Shown: one piece after another, positions 17,901 to 29,918 of the stretch | Position numbering within the stretch: the first letter of the stretch is position 1 | Layout of the letters: every line of letters starts with the position of its first letter | From: Dimorphilus gyrociliatus | Lineage: Eukaryota > Animalia > Annelida | DNA: 64,000 nucleotides | Direction: 5' to 3' | Assembly: GCA_904063045.1 (NCBI GenBank) | Contig: CAJFCJ010000006.1 | Location: 2,532,946-2,596,945, forward strand | Program-made: the position numbers and the translations under genes | Notes under the pieces: generated by a model | Databases searched by the model: none | What the model was told of the DNA's origin: nothing | What the model saw: the letters and a program-made list of their open reading frames with translations, nothing else

Positions 17901-18630
17901 TGATGATGGATCTAGAATACTAGTTGACAATGAAGAATATAGTGATGGAGATATGGAAACAGTTGAGCATGGAGAACAAGCACAACAAAGCTCAATAGAG
18001 AAAACTCTATGTTTTCTTCCAACTGATCCTGGACAGCAGCGAGATTTTTTGATACCTGTCAACAATAGAGAAATTCTTTCAAAGGGAGTTGAAGACAAGC
18101 CTGTATATAAAGGACAGCCAATATTATATACAAGCTCTTCAGCTGATAATCGAAATCCTACAGAGTCTGAACCAAAGAACTCAATGGAAAATTTAGAAAG
18201 AGAGGAGGAAACAACAAATGAAGCGACTAAACTTGAAGTAAAATTAAATGGTCGGGTTGAGTGTTCCGAGAATAAAGATATATCGAACGTGGAAATGTCA
18301 ACTATCGATCAGCAAAAAACGTCAGAGGTAGATGAAATTACAGAAAGCACGGAGATTACACATGTGGAAAAAGAAGAAACTAAAACGAATCAATCTCAAC
18401 TAGGTAATTTACCCGTCAAAAAAATTGACGATTACGGTATTGAAAAATTTGCAGATGAGTCGATTTCTGAAGCATATACCGCGATAGAGAGAACAGAAAA
18501 GGAAATCTGTGATGAAGACCTTGAAGCTATGAGATTATATGCTGAAGTCGAAAGAAGAGGATTGTTAGACAATTTAGAGAGGAAGGAAGATGTCCCTGGA
18601 AACATCGCAAGAAATGACGAAGAAACTTAG
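14911..18630 (+). CDS. CCCH zinc finger plus tandem WWE protein (PARP12/ZC3HAV1-like) with an RS/RD/RE-rich N-terminus and no PARP catalytic domain, about 1099 aa
   Basis: Exons 14911-15177, 15270-15331, 15422-16054, 16116-16438, 16503-16764, 16821-17295, 17353-18630 sum to 3300 nt in frame. Fingers CDEY..C..C..LHICKFF..C..C.YGH and CSYYN..C..C..HVC..C..C.RSH; WWE-like YIWQY..W and WRWYY..WVKY..KQYNLKTG..IRRRP. Confidence 0.75.
15775..15940 (+). repeat. Coding purine repeat (GATAGA/GAAAGA units) encoding a DR/ER mixed-charge tract
   Basis: Translates to WDRDRDRDRDRDRERERDKERDRQREREREWEREKQRE within exon 3 of the CCCH-WWE gene. Confidence 0.9.
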
Positions 18631-21315
18631 CAATATTTAAAATTTAATTTTTATCCTCCAACAGAAGAACAGCTTTGGTATCAGAGAATAAATTTAAAAC
18701 GAAGTTTTTTAATTGGAGTATTTAGTACGAGTTAGCTATATGTATTATAAAGAAGAAATGGTTCATTATCAAGGCAACTTGACAATTTTTAATGGTGCTT
18801 GAATTGAAACGTGTTTATTGTAAATCTGACTGGATGTCTATAATAGTGTTACAGTATTGAAAGGAAATAAGTGCTTGTACAAATTTTCTACCTCGAGTTC
18901 TAATTCTTCTGAATCGGTGACGATTTCTTATGATTATCTGTTGTTAATTTGACAGATGATTATAATGTAATAGTTAGAGATCAACTGTCAACCCACTCAC
19001 TATTTTATTTAGGTAATAAATTATTAATTTAAACTTTGATGCTAAATAGCATTGTCTTTTCTTATTAACATTTCATAATATTGGAGGTTATATTAAACAA
19101 AAAATAGGGCCTGAAACTTGACTTTTTATAAAAAGAGTATTAAATGCTAAATTCCGGGCATCTATATATATACTGTATATAAAATAGCTGATAGAGATCT
19201 TGATGAAAAAACCTGAAGAATTATGTAGAGTGAGTAAATTATTTGCTAACATTGCAACAATAGATGATATTCACAAGGGATTGCACAGGTAATCTGGTTT
19301 GTATCTTACTATACTCTTTTAATCAGTTCGAGAAGATGCCTTTTAAAGTGCGTTTCTTAAGCGGACAGTACTGCAATTAGAAGTGAATAAGTATCAAAAA
19401 ATTTTCCATCTAAAAATTGTCTAGTTTAGTTACTGCAATACTGTTTACCTTTAACTTTACTCATTTTCGTTATCCGATGGCGGTAATCTCTCAAAGGATA
19501 ACTATCAACATAAACATCTAAAATATTCTAATATGTAAAAAGTGACAAAGATCTAATAAAAAAATTCAAAGAAAAGAAATTTTTCTAGATAATTTATAGA
19601 AAATGACGTGAGTCGACGATATATTTACGTGATAGAATCTTTGCAAAAGGAGATTCTCCTAAATCTATTTCATAGGAGTGAGAAATTCCCATGGCAATAT
19701 CAACCGCAATGACAGATGGTGTGAACAATCTAGGAAAATGTCAATCTTATCCCAAAAGGATAGATACACAATAGATATATTTATAACAATGAAATAAAAC
19801 CTTCTATTGTACACACTTTGATGAATTTACCTCAAATATGTCTCGTGCTATATATTATCTATTTTATTAAAGCTCTGTTAATTGCTACTCTAACATCATA
19901 TTTTTATAAATTAGGTCGTAGGTGATCTATAGATAGAGAGAATTGAATCCCCTTTCTCTTCCGTTACAGAATGTAGATCTTGATCTCCGTGATTATGTCA
20001 TTGCCCTTTGTTTATTGCTTGATGACTGCTAATTTTCGTCCGAAAGGGATTGACTTCTTAACGGGTTGTCAACGAGCATCACCACTCAGTTTGCGGTTTG
20101 TTACCCTTTACCATATTGATTTTGACGCTTTCCACTCTTTTGTCAATGAGTTTCTGATCTTGTATCAAAAGAACAATATTTCATAGTATAGGCTTATTCT
20201 ATTCCAATTTTTTAACCTTATCTACACTCAGGGCACAACTATTTAAAATAGCATTCTTGATGACCTTTGGACAACCACTGTCATTTAATTTTCCGACCAA
20301 TTGAATACTTTTCTATGAAATTTTATAAAATCTGCAACTGGCGAAAATCACCGTGTTGCGTTACCACTTCATTTTCCCTCTTTCTAAAGTTTATCTTTCA
20401 GACTATAGTAATATTTTAGCAATTAATATCGTCTATCGTGTAATTCAAGTAGGTTTTAGATTTTCTGCAGTCACATTAACAAAGCTACTAATATTATTAA
20501 AAGTTGACATTTAACACTTCTAGACTAGGTTTATCAGTTTAATTTGACCCAGTTAGACGACGTTCCTAAATTTCAAAGCACACCTTTTTATGTATTAAAT
20601 ATGGTAGAATGTATCGAAAAGCAAGTTTGAAAGTTTGTCCTTGATTCCATTTCAGATTGAGTTATGGTTTTCCTCTAGAGAGTGACTATGGGGGTGTGAT
20701 CATTTATTAGCATTAAAGTATCTATAAGAGTTCTTAGTTTTCCCTTTTTATTAATAGCTGAGGTAAAAACCTCAAAATGTCAAAATATATTTTGACACTC
20801 TTGTAACCTTTAAATGATATCTTAATGTAGAGATTAAAAGATTAGATAATAAATGCGAAATTATGCTAGATCATATACAAAGAATAAAGTATTCTTTATG
20901 CAAGACAACTTAATTGCCATAAAGCATCATCGTACAACTTTGGTAACAACGGTCATTGTTAAGTAAATAGGATGGTTTTTAGCATTTCAGACACGACGAA
21001 TTCTGCAATTATTAATCTTATTACCTTCATTGTAGCTGAGAGCGATAGAAACCGGTTGTAGGGAGTACCAAGTAAAGCCACAGAATTAATTATAACTTCC
21101 AGGAAATTCTATTCCAAATGCTATGTTCATTGCTTACTTTATTGTAAAAAGGTCAGGAAACCAATAATTATTCAGGTAAAGTTCAAATTAGAGAACTGTA
21201 GATGTATGTTAGAACAAGGTCATCGTTGGAAAATATAATGATATGGCAGAGCTTATTAATGATGATGTAAATAGGAAACAAGAAGCAATTCTTGATGAAA
21301 TATCTGAAAGGAGAA

Positions 21316-21318
<3 letters not shown>

Positions 21319-21362
<44 letters not shown>
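21319..21362. repeat. (AG)n microsatellite, about 22 units, followed by ATAG/ACAG units
   Basis: Read directly from sequence. Confidence 0.95.
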
Positions 21363-21367
<5 letters not shown>

Positions 21368-21761
21368 TAGACAGATAAACAGACCATTCAAAATGGTTTA
21401 TAATTGCAAGCAAATGATCATTATTAAATTTATAGATATATAATTTATAAAGTTATATAAAAACAAATTATAGGATAATATTTGAAATTAGTATGAATAT
21501 ACAGCATAGAAAGTATTAATAGAGATTAATAAAGTCTTTAATTAAAAGCATAGAATGTCAAATATGAATAAATTCAATTATGTAATAGTTTTTTTTTATT
21601 GTATAAGTTTTATAAAATAACAAACCCTTTTTTTATTAAAGAGCGAAAAAATTTTTATGATAAAATTGTTGCGCATCTGTTACACCAGTAAATGCGCCAT
21701 GTGCAGAAATAGTTAGACTAAAACTGAAATATCTCTACAGTAATATACTATCCATCTCATT

Positions 21762-24700
21762 ATGTGGCCTATTTACCCTTCAAGAAATATTACATATACA
21801 GATAAGCTTAGAGCTTTAAGAATATCATCGAATTTAACAACCATTGCTATTTTCTCAGAATGCAGCAATATCTGGAATATTCCGAAAAATCGTTTAGTTG
21901 CAAAGTACAATTTTAACTTACCGGAGGAGAGAAAATGGAATAAAACAGCAACTTTAATTGCCGGCTCAAATTTTGATGGAGTATATGAAGATAGGAGTGG
22001 AGTTAAGTCGCTTCCTTTTGAGAGTTTAGCCCCTTTTGCAGGTGTTGTTCTTATCAATTGCGGTGGAAATAATGATTATGAGAAGGCGAAAAATGTTAGC
22101 AAAGGAATAAAATGGTTATTAAGACAAGAGAGATATAGAAGATTTTTTTGCGAGATTATCCTAATTGAGCATGAATTTAGTGAATTTCACGATGAATTAT
22201 GGAAATCCCTAAACAATTTATACCCAAAAACAATTGTTTGTCCTGGTTTAGACTTTGGTAAGCATTCAAGCGAACAAAATCAATAGTGTTAATTCTAATA
22301 GAGTAGACATATACTGTATATACGCATATTTTATAAGTAGACCTAAGTTTAGACTATGTGCCTGGTTCACAAGCATGACTTATCAATGGTACCATGCTGG
22401 CAAACCATACGAAATAAAGAGTTTAACCAACAAAGCATGAATTAATAAATATGTATACATTGTATACATATTAAAAAAATAAAAATAATATAATAAACAA
22501 TATTTTTTTTATAAAAAAAAATATGTTCAAGAAAAGATATTTCTACTCTTCTCCTTCTCCAACTTCTTCATTTTTCTCATTTTCTTTGATATTTCCATAA
22601 CATATCCCAATTAGATTATCCGTCGAGTTACTCTGGCGTTACTACTGTAATTAATGAGGGATGTTCAAAAAATACTCCCAGAGATTGTCAGCCATTGAGT
22701 GTACATAATGTTCTTGCTCCTAAAGTAAGTTCCATAATACTTTGAAGGGTTTCTTCTAACAGATTATTTTGTTTCTAGCCACCATGCTGTTCAAAGAATG
22801 GAATTACTTTCATCACTAATAATGATAGTATAGCAGCTGCTACTATGGTGTCCCTTATGGCTTTAAGTTTAATAATGGCCGAAAAATATGGTACAAAATT
22901 ATTAATATTATCATCATATTTAAGGCCTAATCTCCTTTTTTTTAGGAAAGGGATGGATACCGAATTTCCTTGGAAGAAGAAGCGAAACAAGAAAGAAACT
23001 TTCGCATCCTTTCGTTCTCAGAAAGTTTATTAATAATTTACAAGTGAAATTCGGTCCTGGTATTAAACCACGTAATATTCTAAACCTAAATAAATCAGAG
23101 TTTATTGCCTGCCTTAACTCAACTTTTGAAAATATTGAAGGTAAAAAGTCCAATTTCCAATTTAATATGCAAATTAGTTTCAAGTATAAATATATTTTTT
23201 TTTCCAGTGTCCAATATTCAGGCAATTGATTTACCGCCAATACCAAACTATTTTTATTTACACAAGTTATTATCTGTCGAATCGAAGGAGAATATAATTA
23301 GATATGCCAAGTGTGATGAAGTGGAAATGTTATTCGAAATCGAAAAGAGCATTAAAAATGCATTTAAAATTCCAATAGAATGTTCTAAACAAAATCGACC
23401 AACGAACTGTTCGAAAGTTCTTGATTTACGTTTAATTGATGATTACGTTATTTGGGAAGACATTGCTATGAATGAAGCTGAAGATGATGATACTAAAAGT
23501 CTTAAAAAACGAAAGCAAGACTTTTTATTCGATTGTATTCGCTCAGTAGCGGCTAATTTAAAATGGGAGAAAATTGATGAAATTTTCCCGCCCTGTGCAG
23601 ATTTCTTGGAATACTTTCCATTACTTCGTAAATATGGAAATACCTTCTTCCTTCCGGAAACTTTCGATTTGAGCTCTTTAGCAAAACTATCATTAGATGT
23701 AGAAGAGCCAAAAATTTTCGTACTTCAACATTTGGTGCTATGCGAATGTGCGGAAGAAGATATAATGAAATTGTCCAAAATTAAACATATAACCTTCGAA
23801 GTGGAAAAAATTCAGTATAAAATTCGAACGGATTCGCCAAATTTTTTCGAATCTGTTCGATTGTTAGACGACCCAATTGTAGAGAGAACCCTTCTACTTA
23901 TTAACGAATCGAAATGTGACGATAGAGAAAAGTTTGTTAAAAGGGTTCAAACTTCGGTTTTAGCGAGATCAAAACCAATTATTAAATTAAGGATTAACGA
24001 TAAAGAAGAAAGTTCAAATGAGCTACGGAAATATCCAGAAGTTGATGTCAATTTTACCTATAATTGCGATATTAGGGCAAGAAGCGTTCGAAAATACTAC
24101 TCAATAGATGAAGATATATATCCAAAGTCTAACGTACATTTTGTATTGTTTTCCTCTGGAATTGATTGGATTCTAATCGACAAATTGAGATCTAGACGAT
24201 CAAATATTGGTGTTATTCGCGATAACGTGAACTTTATCGAGGATGAGGGGTTCGACAAAAACGTTGACGAATTTGGAATGAGTAGCGCCACCTGTCAACT
24301 ATTACTAAACTGTGGCGATGTTACATCATTAAAAGTCATCTCCAAAACTGGCAAAACATCTTTGGATTATTTTAAATTCGGAATGATTTGGTTGGAGAAG
24401 AATTTAGAAAAGATTAAACCCGATTTTATCATAATACCATTCAACGTACCAACGTTTGACTTTCAAATTGATAGAATTCTAAAGAATTTTGAAAAAAAAG
24501 GAATTATCACTCTAGTTTCGACTTCCGAAAATCAATGGGATTTCCCTTCATCATCAAGCAGCGTTATTGGAGTTGGTAAGTCTTTGTTGCTTATAAATTA
24601 AACTACTATTCCAAAGTTTTTTGAAATCATGAACAGGAGGTTTAGATTCAAATTTGAGGAAAACCCATACTTACAATACCGATATCCACGTTCTGAGCGA

Positions 24701-25107
24701 AAGTGTTAGAGGTAGATTTATGAAATAAGCATCTCTTTAGTACTCTCATTCACTTTTAACTCGTTTTAGTTCCATCTTACCTGAAACAAAATTCAATTTC
24801 TGGAAGCTCTGTCTCGGCTTGCGTCAGTGCTTGTTTACTAGCATACATATTGGTATCAGTTGGTTCGAAGTGGCGACCATACGTTCAAAATGTCGTCGTA
24901 TTGAAGAATTTCCTGAAAAAGTTGGAACAAGATGGAATTTTAAGAGTTGATAAAAAACATCTCAATTCTGTTATAAAAACTTGTGTTGGTTCCTGGAGGA
25001 AACGGAAGAGAATTCAACAATGCAAAAAGTTTAAATATGGATTAATTTGCATAAGTTTCATGGTGGTACTGGTTACCATTCTCTTTTCATATTTTAAAAT
25101 TTTTTGA
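21762..25107 (+). CDS. Protein with two degenerate subtilisin-like (S8) domains and a C-terminal transmembrane anchor, about 897 aa
   Basis: Exons 21762-22257, 22615-22724, 22779-22890, 22946-23140, 23208-24575, 24637-24711, 24770-25107 sum to 2694 nt in frame. S8-like scaffolds: TATLIAG..SLAPFAGVV..GIKWLL..YPSSY..VLAPK..DSIAAATMVSL and VLFSSGID..KV..GMIWL..GIITLVSTSEN..FPSS..VIGVGG..SGSSVSACVSACLLA. Terminal hydrophobic helix LICISFMVVLVTILFSYF. Confidence 0.7.
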
Positions 25108-25635
25108 ATGGAATGACTGGTTTTTCATTTTATTTTTTCAAATGATATGTAAATTAATTTAACATTTGGTTATGGTCTAATTATAATTAAGTTTTCTTCT
25201 AACTAACTGAAGGAGATTTCTAGATTCCCTTAAACAGTTTAAAAATATACATTACAGAAGAATTACTCATCTGTTTCTCCTCATATTCAAAAAGTCTTCA
25301 TCCATCTATCAGGATTATTAATCGTCATGGTGTAAAGACACAAGACAAGATGATTCTATCTAAACGGATTATGGGATAAAGCAACAGTTATAAAATCAAT
25401 ATGTTAACATCTCTTGTCAAATTCTTAATATAATAGATATTATAGTTTGTTTGTTCTTTTGTTAATTTAATATTAAACTATAAATCTTCAAAACCGTATA
25501 GTAAACACAAAAGATTTTCCATTATTTTTATCAAAATTTCAATTCATAAACACTCTCATCATAGTTCAGCAAGTAATAGTTTCCTTTGGCTGAACTGGAA
25601 CGAAAACTCTGTGAATCCAATATAGTTTATCAGCT

Positions 25636-25708
25636 GGTTTCATAGTGTAGTGGTTATCACGCTCGCTTTACACGCGAGAGGTCCTGAGTTCGATCCTCAG
25701 TGGAACCA
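25636..25708 (+). tRNA. tRNA-Val(TAC): tRNA-Val (anticodon TAC), copy 1
   Basis: GGTTTCA..TGGAACC acceptor stem, anticodon arm CTCGC-TTTACAC-GCGAG, T-loop GTTCGAT, A-box TAGTGTAGTGG, downstream T run (pol III terminator). Confidence 0.97.
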
Positions 25709-25872
25709 TAGTTTTTTTCCTGTTTTCTATTATGTTTCCATAAATTAGAGTATCATTAATAATGAATAACATTAGTTGGGTTTTTTCCCAATTCTCTACC
25801 TTCTGTTTTTCGTTTCTATGTCCGTCTACATTGGAAAAGAAACATAAGGGTGATTATAAGAGATTATCAGCA

Positions 25873-25945
25873 GGTTTCATAGTGTAGTGGTTATCACGCT
25901 CGCTTTACACGCGAGAGGTCCTGAGTTCGATCCTCAGTGGAACCA
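25873..25945 (+). tRNA. tRNA-Val(TAC): tRNA-Val (anticodon TAC), copy 2, identical to copy 1
   Basis: Same 73-nt sequence 237 nt downstream; T run follows. Confidence 0.97.
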
Positions 25946-26164
25946 TAGTTTACTTTTTTTGTACATTTTACTACTTGAATAGTCTTGAAGAATTTAAAAT
26001 AAATATGGACACTATACAAAGTTGGAGTAATATTCGTTTTTCGCATGAATCTTCAACATCATTTTACTGATAGAAATACTAACATTTTCCTTCAATTGGC
26101 TATAGCTAAAATGTATACTTTTTTTTACGAAAATTGATTATACTAACAATAAATTAATCTAATA

Positions 26165-26536
26165 ATGAAAGGATCGGCAAAGTTTGGATTGACGTTATCG
26201 CAGGTGAAAGAATAGTTTATACTTTAAAAAAACTGTTTTAAAGCTAACCCTTTTTATTATCGTCAGTTTATGCTCAGGACAGAAGTATTAAAATTATATA
26301 AAGAATTTATGCGAACGTGTAAGAAAATTCCAGAAAGTCATAAACGAGATATGCTAAAGTACGTAAGAGAAGATTTCAAAGCAAATAAGCATCATTCGGA
26401 TGATGTAAGTTAAACAAATTTTTAACAAAAATAAACAATTATATTGTCATTTTTGCAGCTAGCAATAAAGATGCAATTGAATAGAGGAAGAAAATCTTTG
26501 AAACAGTTACAAACAATGATCGACCTTCAAAAATAA
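26165..26536 (+). CDS. LYRM2: LYR-motif protein 2, 84 aa; absent from the ORF track
   Basis: Exons 26165-26203, 26267-26404, 26459-26536 give MKGSAKFGLTLSQ|FMLRTEVLKLYKEFMRTCKKIP..VREDFKANK..|LAIKMQLNRGRKSLKQL, matching LYRM2 LTLKQF..VL.LYR..REEF..NK. Confidence 0.85.
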
Positions 26537-26724
26537 ATAAAATTTCTTATATTTGATTTGTTTGTATTAAAGTATTAAAGAATTTAAAAAAAACAAGTTT
26601 CCAATAATGAATTTTGAAACGCTCAATAGTATCGTATAAAAACAATGGAGAATTCGTCTGTAATAGTTTTTTGAACTATTGCATAGAAAGAACATGAAAG
26701 GTGAAATCATAGTCCACAACATCT

Positions 26725-27743
26725 CTAATTCTCCTCAAGTAGCGCCTGCTTATTCTTGATACTGCAGTGAATCCAAACTAAAATTGCTAGAGAAAAGACT
26801 TGAAACGTTAATCCTGTAGAAGTTAAATTATTGATAGCTATTCCACCATAAAAGCTTACTCCCATTAAAACACTAATCATTCTGTAAACTGAAAGGGCAA
26901 CGCCACAGAATTCATTTCCACAGGTAAGCGTAAAATATATGAGAAGAACCCATGAGAAAGCCTGTGTGATTGCTGTCACGATCAAGGTGAACGTTGTTTC
27001 CAAAATATCTCCTAAGGATAAATCATCTTCGGGAAGTTTTACTACAAAGAATATGGCGAAGGATAGCACGAGTATTATAGAAGAGTATCTTGTAGCAGCT
27101 ACCCATGATATATTAAACTTGGAACATAAAAATTTCAAGCTTACAAGAAATAGAGTTTCCGAAAATCCAATTATAGCGCCAAAAATATAGGTCCATTCAT
27201 CATAGCTAAAGTTTCCAATGACTTTTATTTAAAGAAAGCAATTATATTAAGTGTAAACTTTGTATTAAATCTATATATATTACCTGATAGGAAGCCACCC
27301 AGAAATAGAATAAAGGAAAACAAGATAACCCTCTTCTGACCGAAATCTTCGCAGAGTAACATCTGACATAATATTATGAACAAAGGAGTCAGCTGTCCTA
27401 TACACAGTAGGTTTGTAACTTGATAATCCTTGAGTCCAGTAAGAAGGGTTACACGATTGACCCCGAGGAAAAGAGCAGGTAACGATATAATACCAAGCTC
27501 TTTCATATTAAAATTTCCATAGTTTAAAATCTTTCGAAAGCCCAGAAAATGTATTGCTATAAATAGTACAACTGACTGTGTAAGACAAATTATTTGTGGT
27601 GGTCCAAAATCATAGAGCGATAAAAGAGGTCTCTGACAAAAATTAGCAAAAGATATCGTTAGTAACATGAAGCATAGCTTTCCATAGGGTGAAAACAAAG
27701 CCTGTTTCATTCCATCATTAAATAAACTACATAAGACTGTCAT
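26725..27743 (-). CDS. Divergent SLC35D-like nucleotide-sugar transporter, about 318 aa
   Basis: Exons 27743-27284 and 27221-26725 join in frame (957 nt); multi-pass hydrophobic protein with DMT/SLC35-like spacing (LTPLFIILCQMLL; loop NFSYDEWTY). Subfamily call is tentative. Confidence 0.6.
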
Positions 27744-28290
27744 ACTTTAAGAGAAAGAAAATAAATAGTAGAATTTTCTGCAACAGATCAGTTTAGGGCA
27801 AAATATTTCGTTTTGGTATTCGTAAATAGAGAAAACGAAACTATATAGCAACAAATTCAATTTTTTTCTTTTTAAGTATTATTTATTATCAACAATCAAA
27901 ATTTAAGAATTTATACCGTCTAAATAAATTTATATTTCATGTCATTCTATTAATTACAGTGATGAAATATTATAAATTATTTTAAAAATTCTAGAATTCT
28001 AAAGTGGGGAATATGTAATGTTTTAAGAACAAAAAATATTAGTAGCATTATATATTTACAAAGAAAACAAAGACACAAATAATTTTTTAATGAAAGATTT
28101 ACATTTTTCATTTTATGAACAATGTTTACGTCATATCTTCTAACAATCTTCTATAATATGGACTATATCTTTATATATTTATATTGAATTCATATATATT
28201 CTGTATATACTGGTATATAAGAGTCTTTCAAATCAATATAGCAATAAAACAATCATACTTTTTTCTTTTATAAACTTTATTATTTATTAT

Positions 28291-29918
28291 TTATTTTAAA
28301 CTGCGATACTTTTCATAAACCATTTTAGCAGATACTGCGTCTTCTATGGCCATACCTGTATTTTTTTTATGTATAATTATAATTGAGAATATAAATAGAT
28401 TAGCTTATTCAGATATTTTATAAAAATATATTTTTTATGACTAAGCTTACCGACAGATTTGAAAACTGTTGTTTCGTGCCATCTTGCTTCTTTCTGCCCG
28501 TTAATAACTTCTCCAATTTCGGCATAGATTTCGCACTTTGTTAAAAAGAATTTACATTAAGTTTCTTATGCTGTTTTCTTTTTTTTTTTATTAAAGAATC
28601 GCTTACTTTTGAAATTATTATATCACCGGTTTCTTGACAAGCTGCTTCTTTCGAATCAACGTAAACAACTGAGCTTCTCATTAGATCGCTTTCCAATTCC
28701 TGCCATTTTGGTTTGACCGCCCCAACCGAATTAATGTGACAACCAGGTTTTACCCAATCCTTATTTAAAACAGGTGTACTTGTAGATGTAACGGTACATA
28801 TTATATCAGCATCTTTTACAGCCTCTTCAGCAGTTGTACATACCCTACATGGTTTACCTATAATAATAATAATAATAATAATATGCAATTTTCATATGTT
28901 TTTGTTATACAAAAAGGGAAAAATGACAAAAAGAATCAGGAAAAACGAGAAATATAATCACCTAATTTTTTTGCAGCTATTTCGGCTGATTGAATATTTA
29001 TATTCCAAATTCGAACGTCATCGAAATTATACAACAAGGATAGCGCATTAAAATGTCCAGTGCATTGGACACCAGATCCAAGAATGGCTAAAATCTTCGA
29101 AGTGGGATTAGCTAAATGTTTCGAAGCTATAGCAGAAACCAAACCAGTTCTATATTCTGTTATAACTGTTCCGTCCATTATCTGTAAGAGGAGAATGTAT
29201 CAACTATTAATTTATCATTCTAACAAAAATAGAATTCAGCTTACAGCTTGTAAAGATCCATTCAATGGATTGTACAACATTATATCTGATGGATGAGTAG
29301 GCTCATCCTTGTTCTCTGGGTAGAAGCCGACAACCTTCGTGGCTAGAGCATTCTCTCTTTGACTAAAGGCTGACATAACGAACTGACGGCTGAGGAAAAG
29401 AATTTCGTTTATAAATTTATATCTTTAATGTTTACAAAACGTGCAAACATTCTTGAAAATCATGTACGTTTTAACCTCTTGTTTTGACAAACTTTTAGAA
29501 GAATAATAGATCGTCCTAGTTGTCCATATAATATTACTAGAGTTCAAAGAGACCACTTGTTACGAAGTATTTGCTAAGTTATATTCATGTATTAATTTAG
29601 CTTATTTAATTCTATAATCAATTGTTCGAAAATTTCAATAAACTTACGTCTAATATTAAAAATTATAAATTGTATTACGTAAGCTAACCACGATGATTTG
29701 ACTTATGAACACGAAAAAAAGAACCGCTCAAAAATAAGTCCAAACTCGTACCCTTTATAGTGATCTACAGGAATGGTAAGTCTAAGTGGTTGCTGCGTAC
29801 CTCCATCTTCTCCTTTAGAGTAATCAGCCAATGCAAATTCTAGTTTTTCCATCAGTACTTCTGCATTTATACATTTTTTTACGTCTTCTTTTGACAGTAT
29901 ATCAAGACTTGGCTCCAT
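28291..29918 (-). CDS. CRYM: Mu-crystallin / ketimine reductase (ornithine cyclodeaminase family)
   Basis: Spliced pieces QPLRLTIPV, ATKVVGFYP, MDGTVITEYRTGLVSAIASK, LAILGSGVQ, ADIICTVTS..PVL, GCHINSVGA, FKSVGMAIEDAVSA; start ATG 29918, stop 28291. Confidence 0.93.

Noticed and set aside
21183-21443. ORFs 21183-21413, 21209-21391 and 21243-21443
   Set aside because: Kept open by the (AG)n microsatellite (LSLSLS or RERERE); no other support.
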